From Octopus bimaculoides (taxonomy: Eukaryota): a stretch of DNA of 64,000 nt. Of this stretch, positions 63,991-64,000 are shown one piece after another (the first letter of the stretch is position 1; each line of letters starts with the position of its first letter). The position numbers were made by a program, and so were the translations under genes. Location: assembly GCF_001194135.2 (NCBI RefSeq), contig NC_068986.1:61302043-61366042 (forward strand), read 5' to 3'. The notes under the pieces were generated by a model that had not been told where the DNA came from, ran no database searches, and saw only the letters and a list, made by a program, of their open reading frames with translations.

Positions 63991-64000
63991 CCCAGAAACT

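Overview
AT-rich, microsatellite-dense animal genomic DNA with four large N gaps. The repeat content (RTE LINEs with (GAT)n tails, tRNA-derived SINEs, mariner/maT relics) suggests an octopus/cephalopod draft assembly; this is inference. No host gene, rRNA, tRNA gene or CRISPR array can be supported. The window is a nested graveyard of decayed mobile elements: Helitron helicase and non-autonomous Helitrons, mariner and maT DNA transposons, MITEs, a Gypsy LTR element, several RTE families (one young and GC-rich), four Tx1/L1-like remnants, an R4/Dong-like element, SINEs and Penelope-like elements (PLEs). The most unusual observation is a head-to-head PLE pair at 46.7-52.6 kb. Its reconstructed polyprotein carries a Ulp1/C48-like cysteine-protease domain, in frame with the pre-RT motif, ahead of RT and GIY-YIG. 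Both copies have TGA at the catalytic Cys position. Hammerhead-like motifs occur at 38.1 kb and (disrupted) 52.4 kb. All calls come from reading the sequence and recognising motifs; no searches were run, and element boundaries are approximate unless TSDs or TIRs are quoted.
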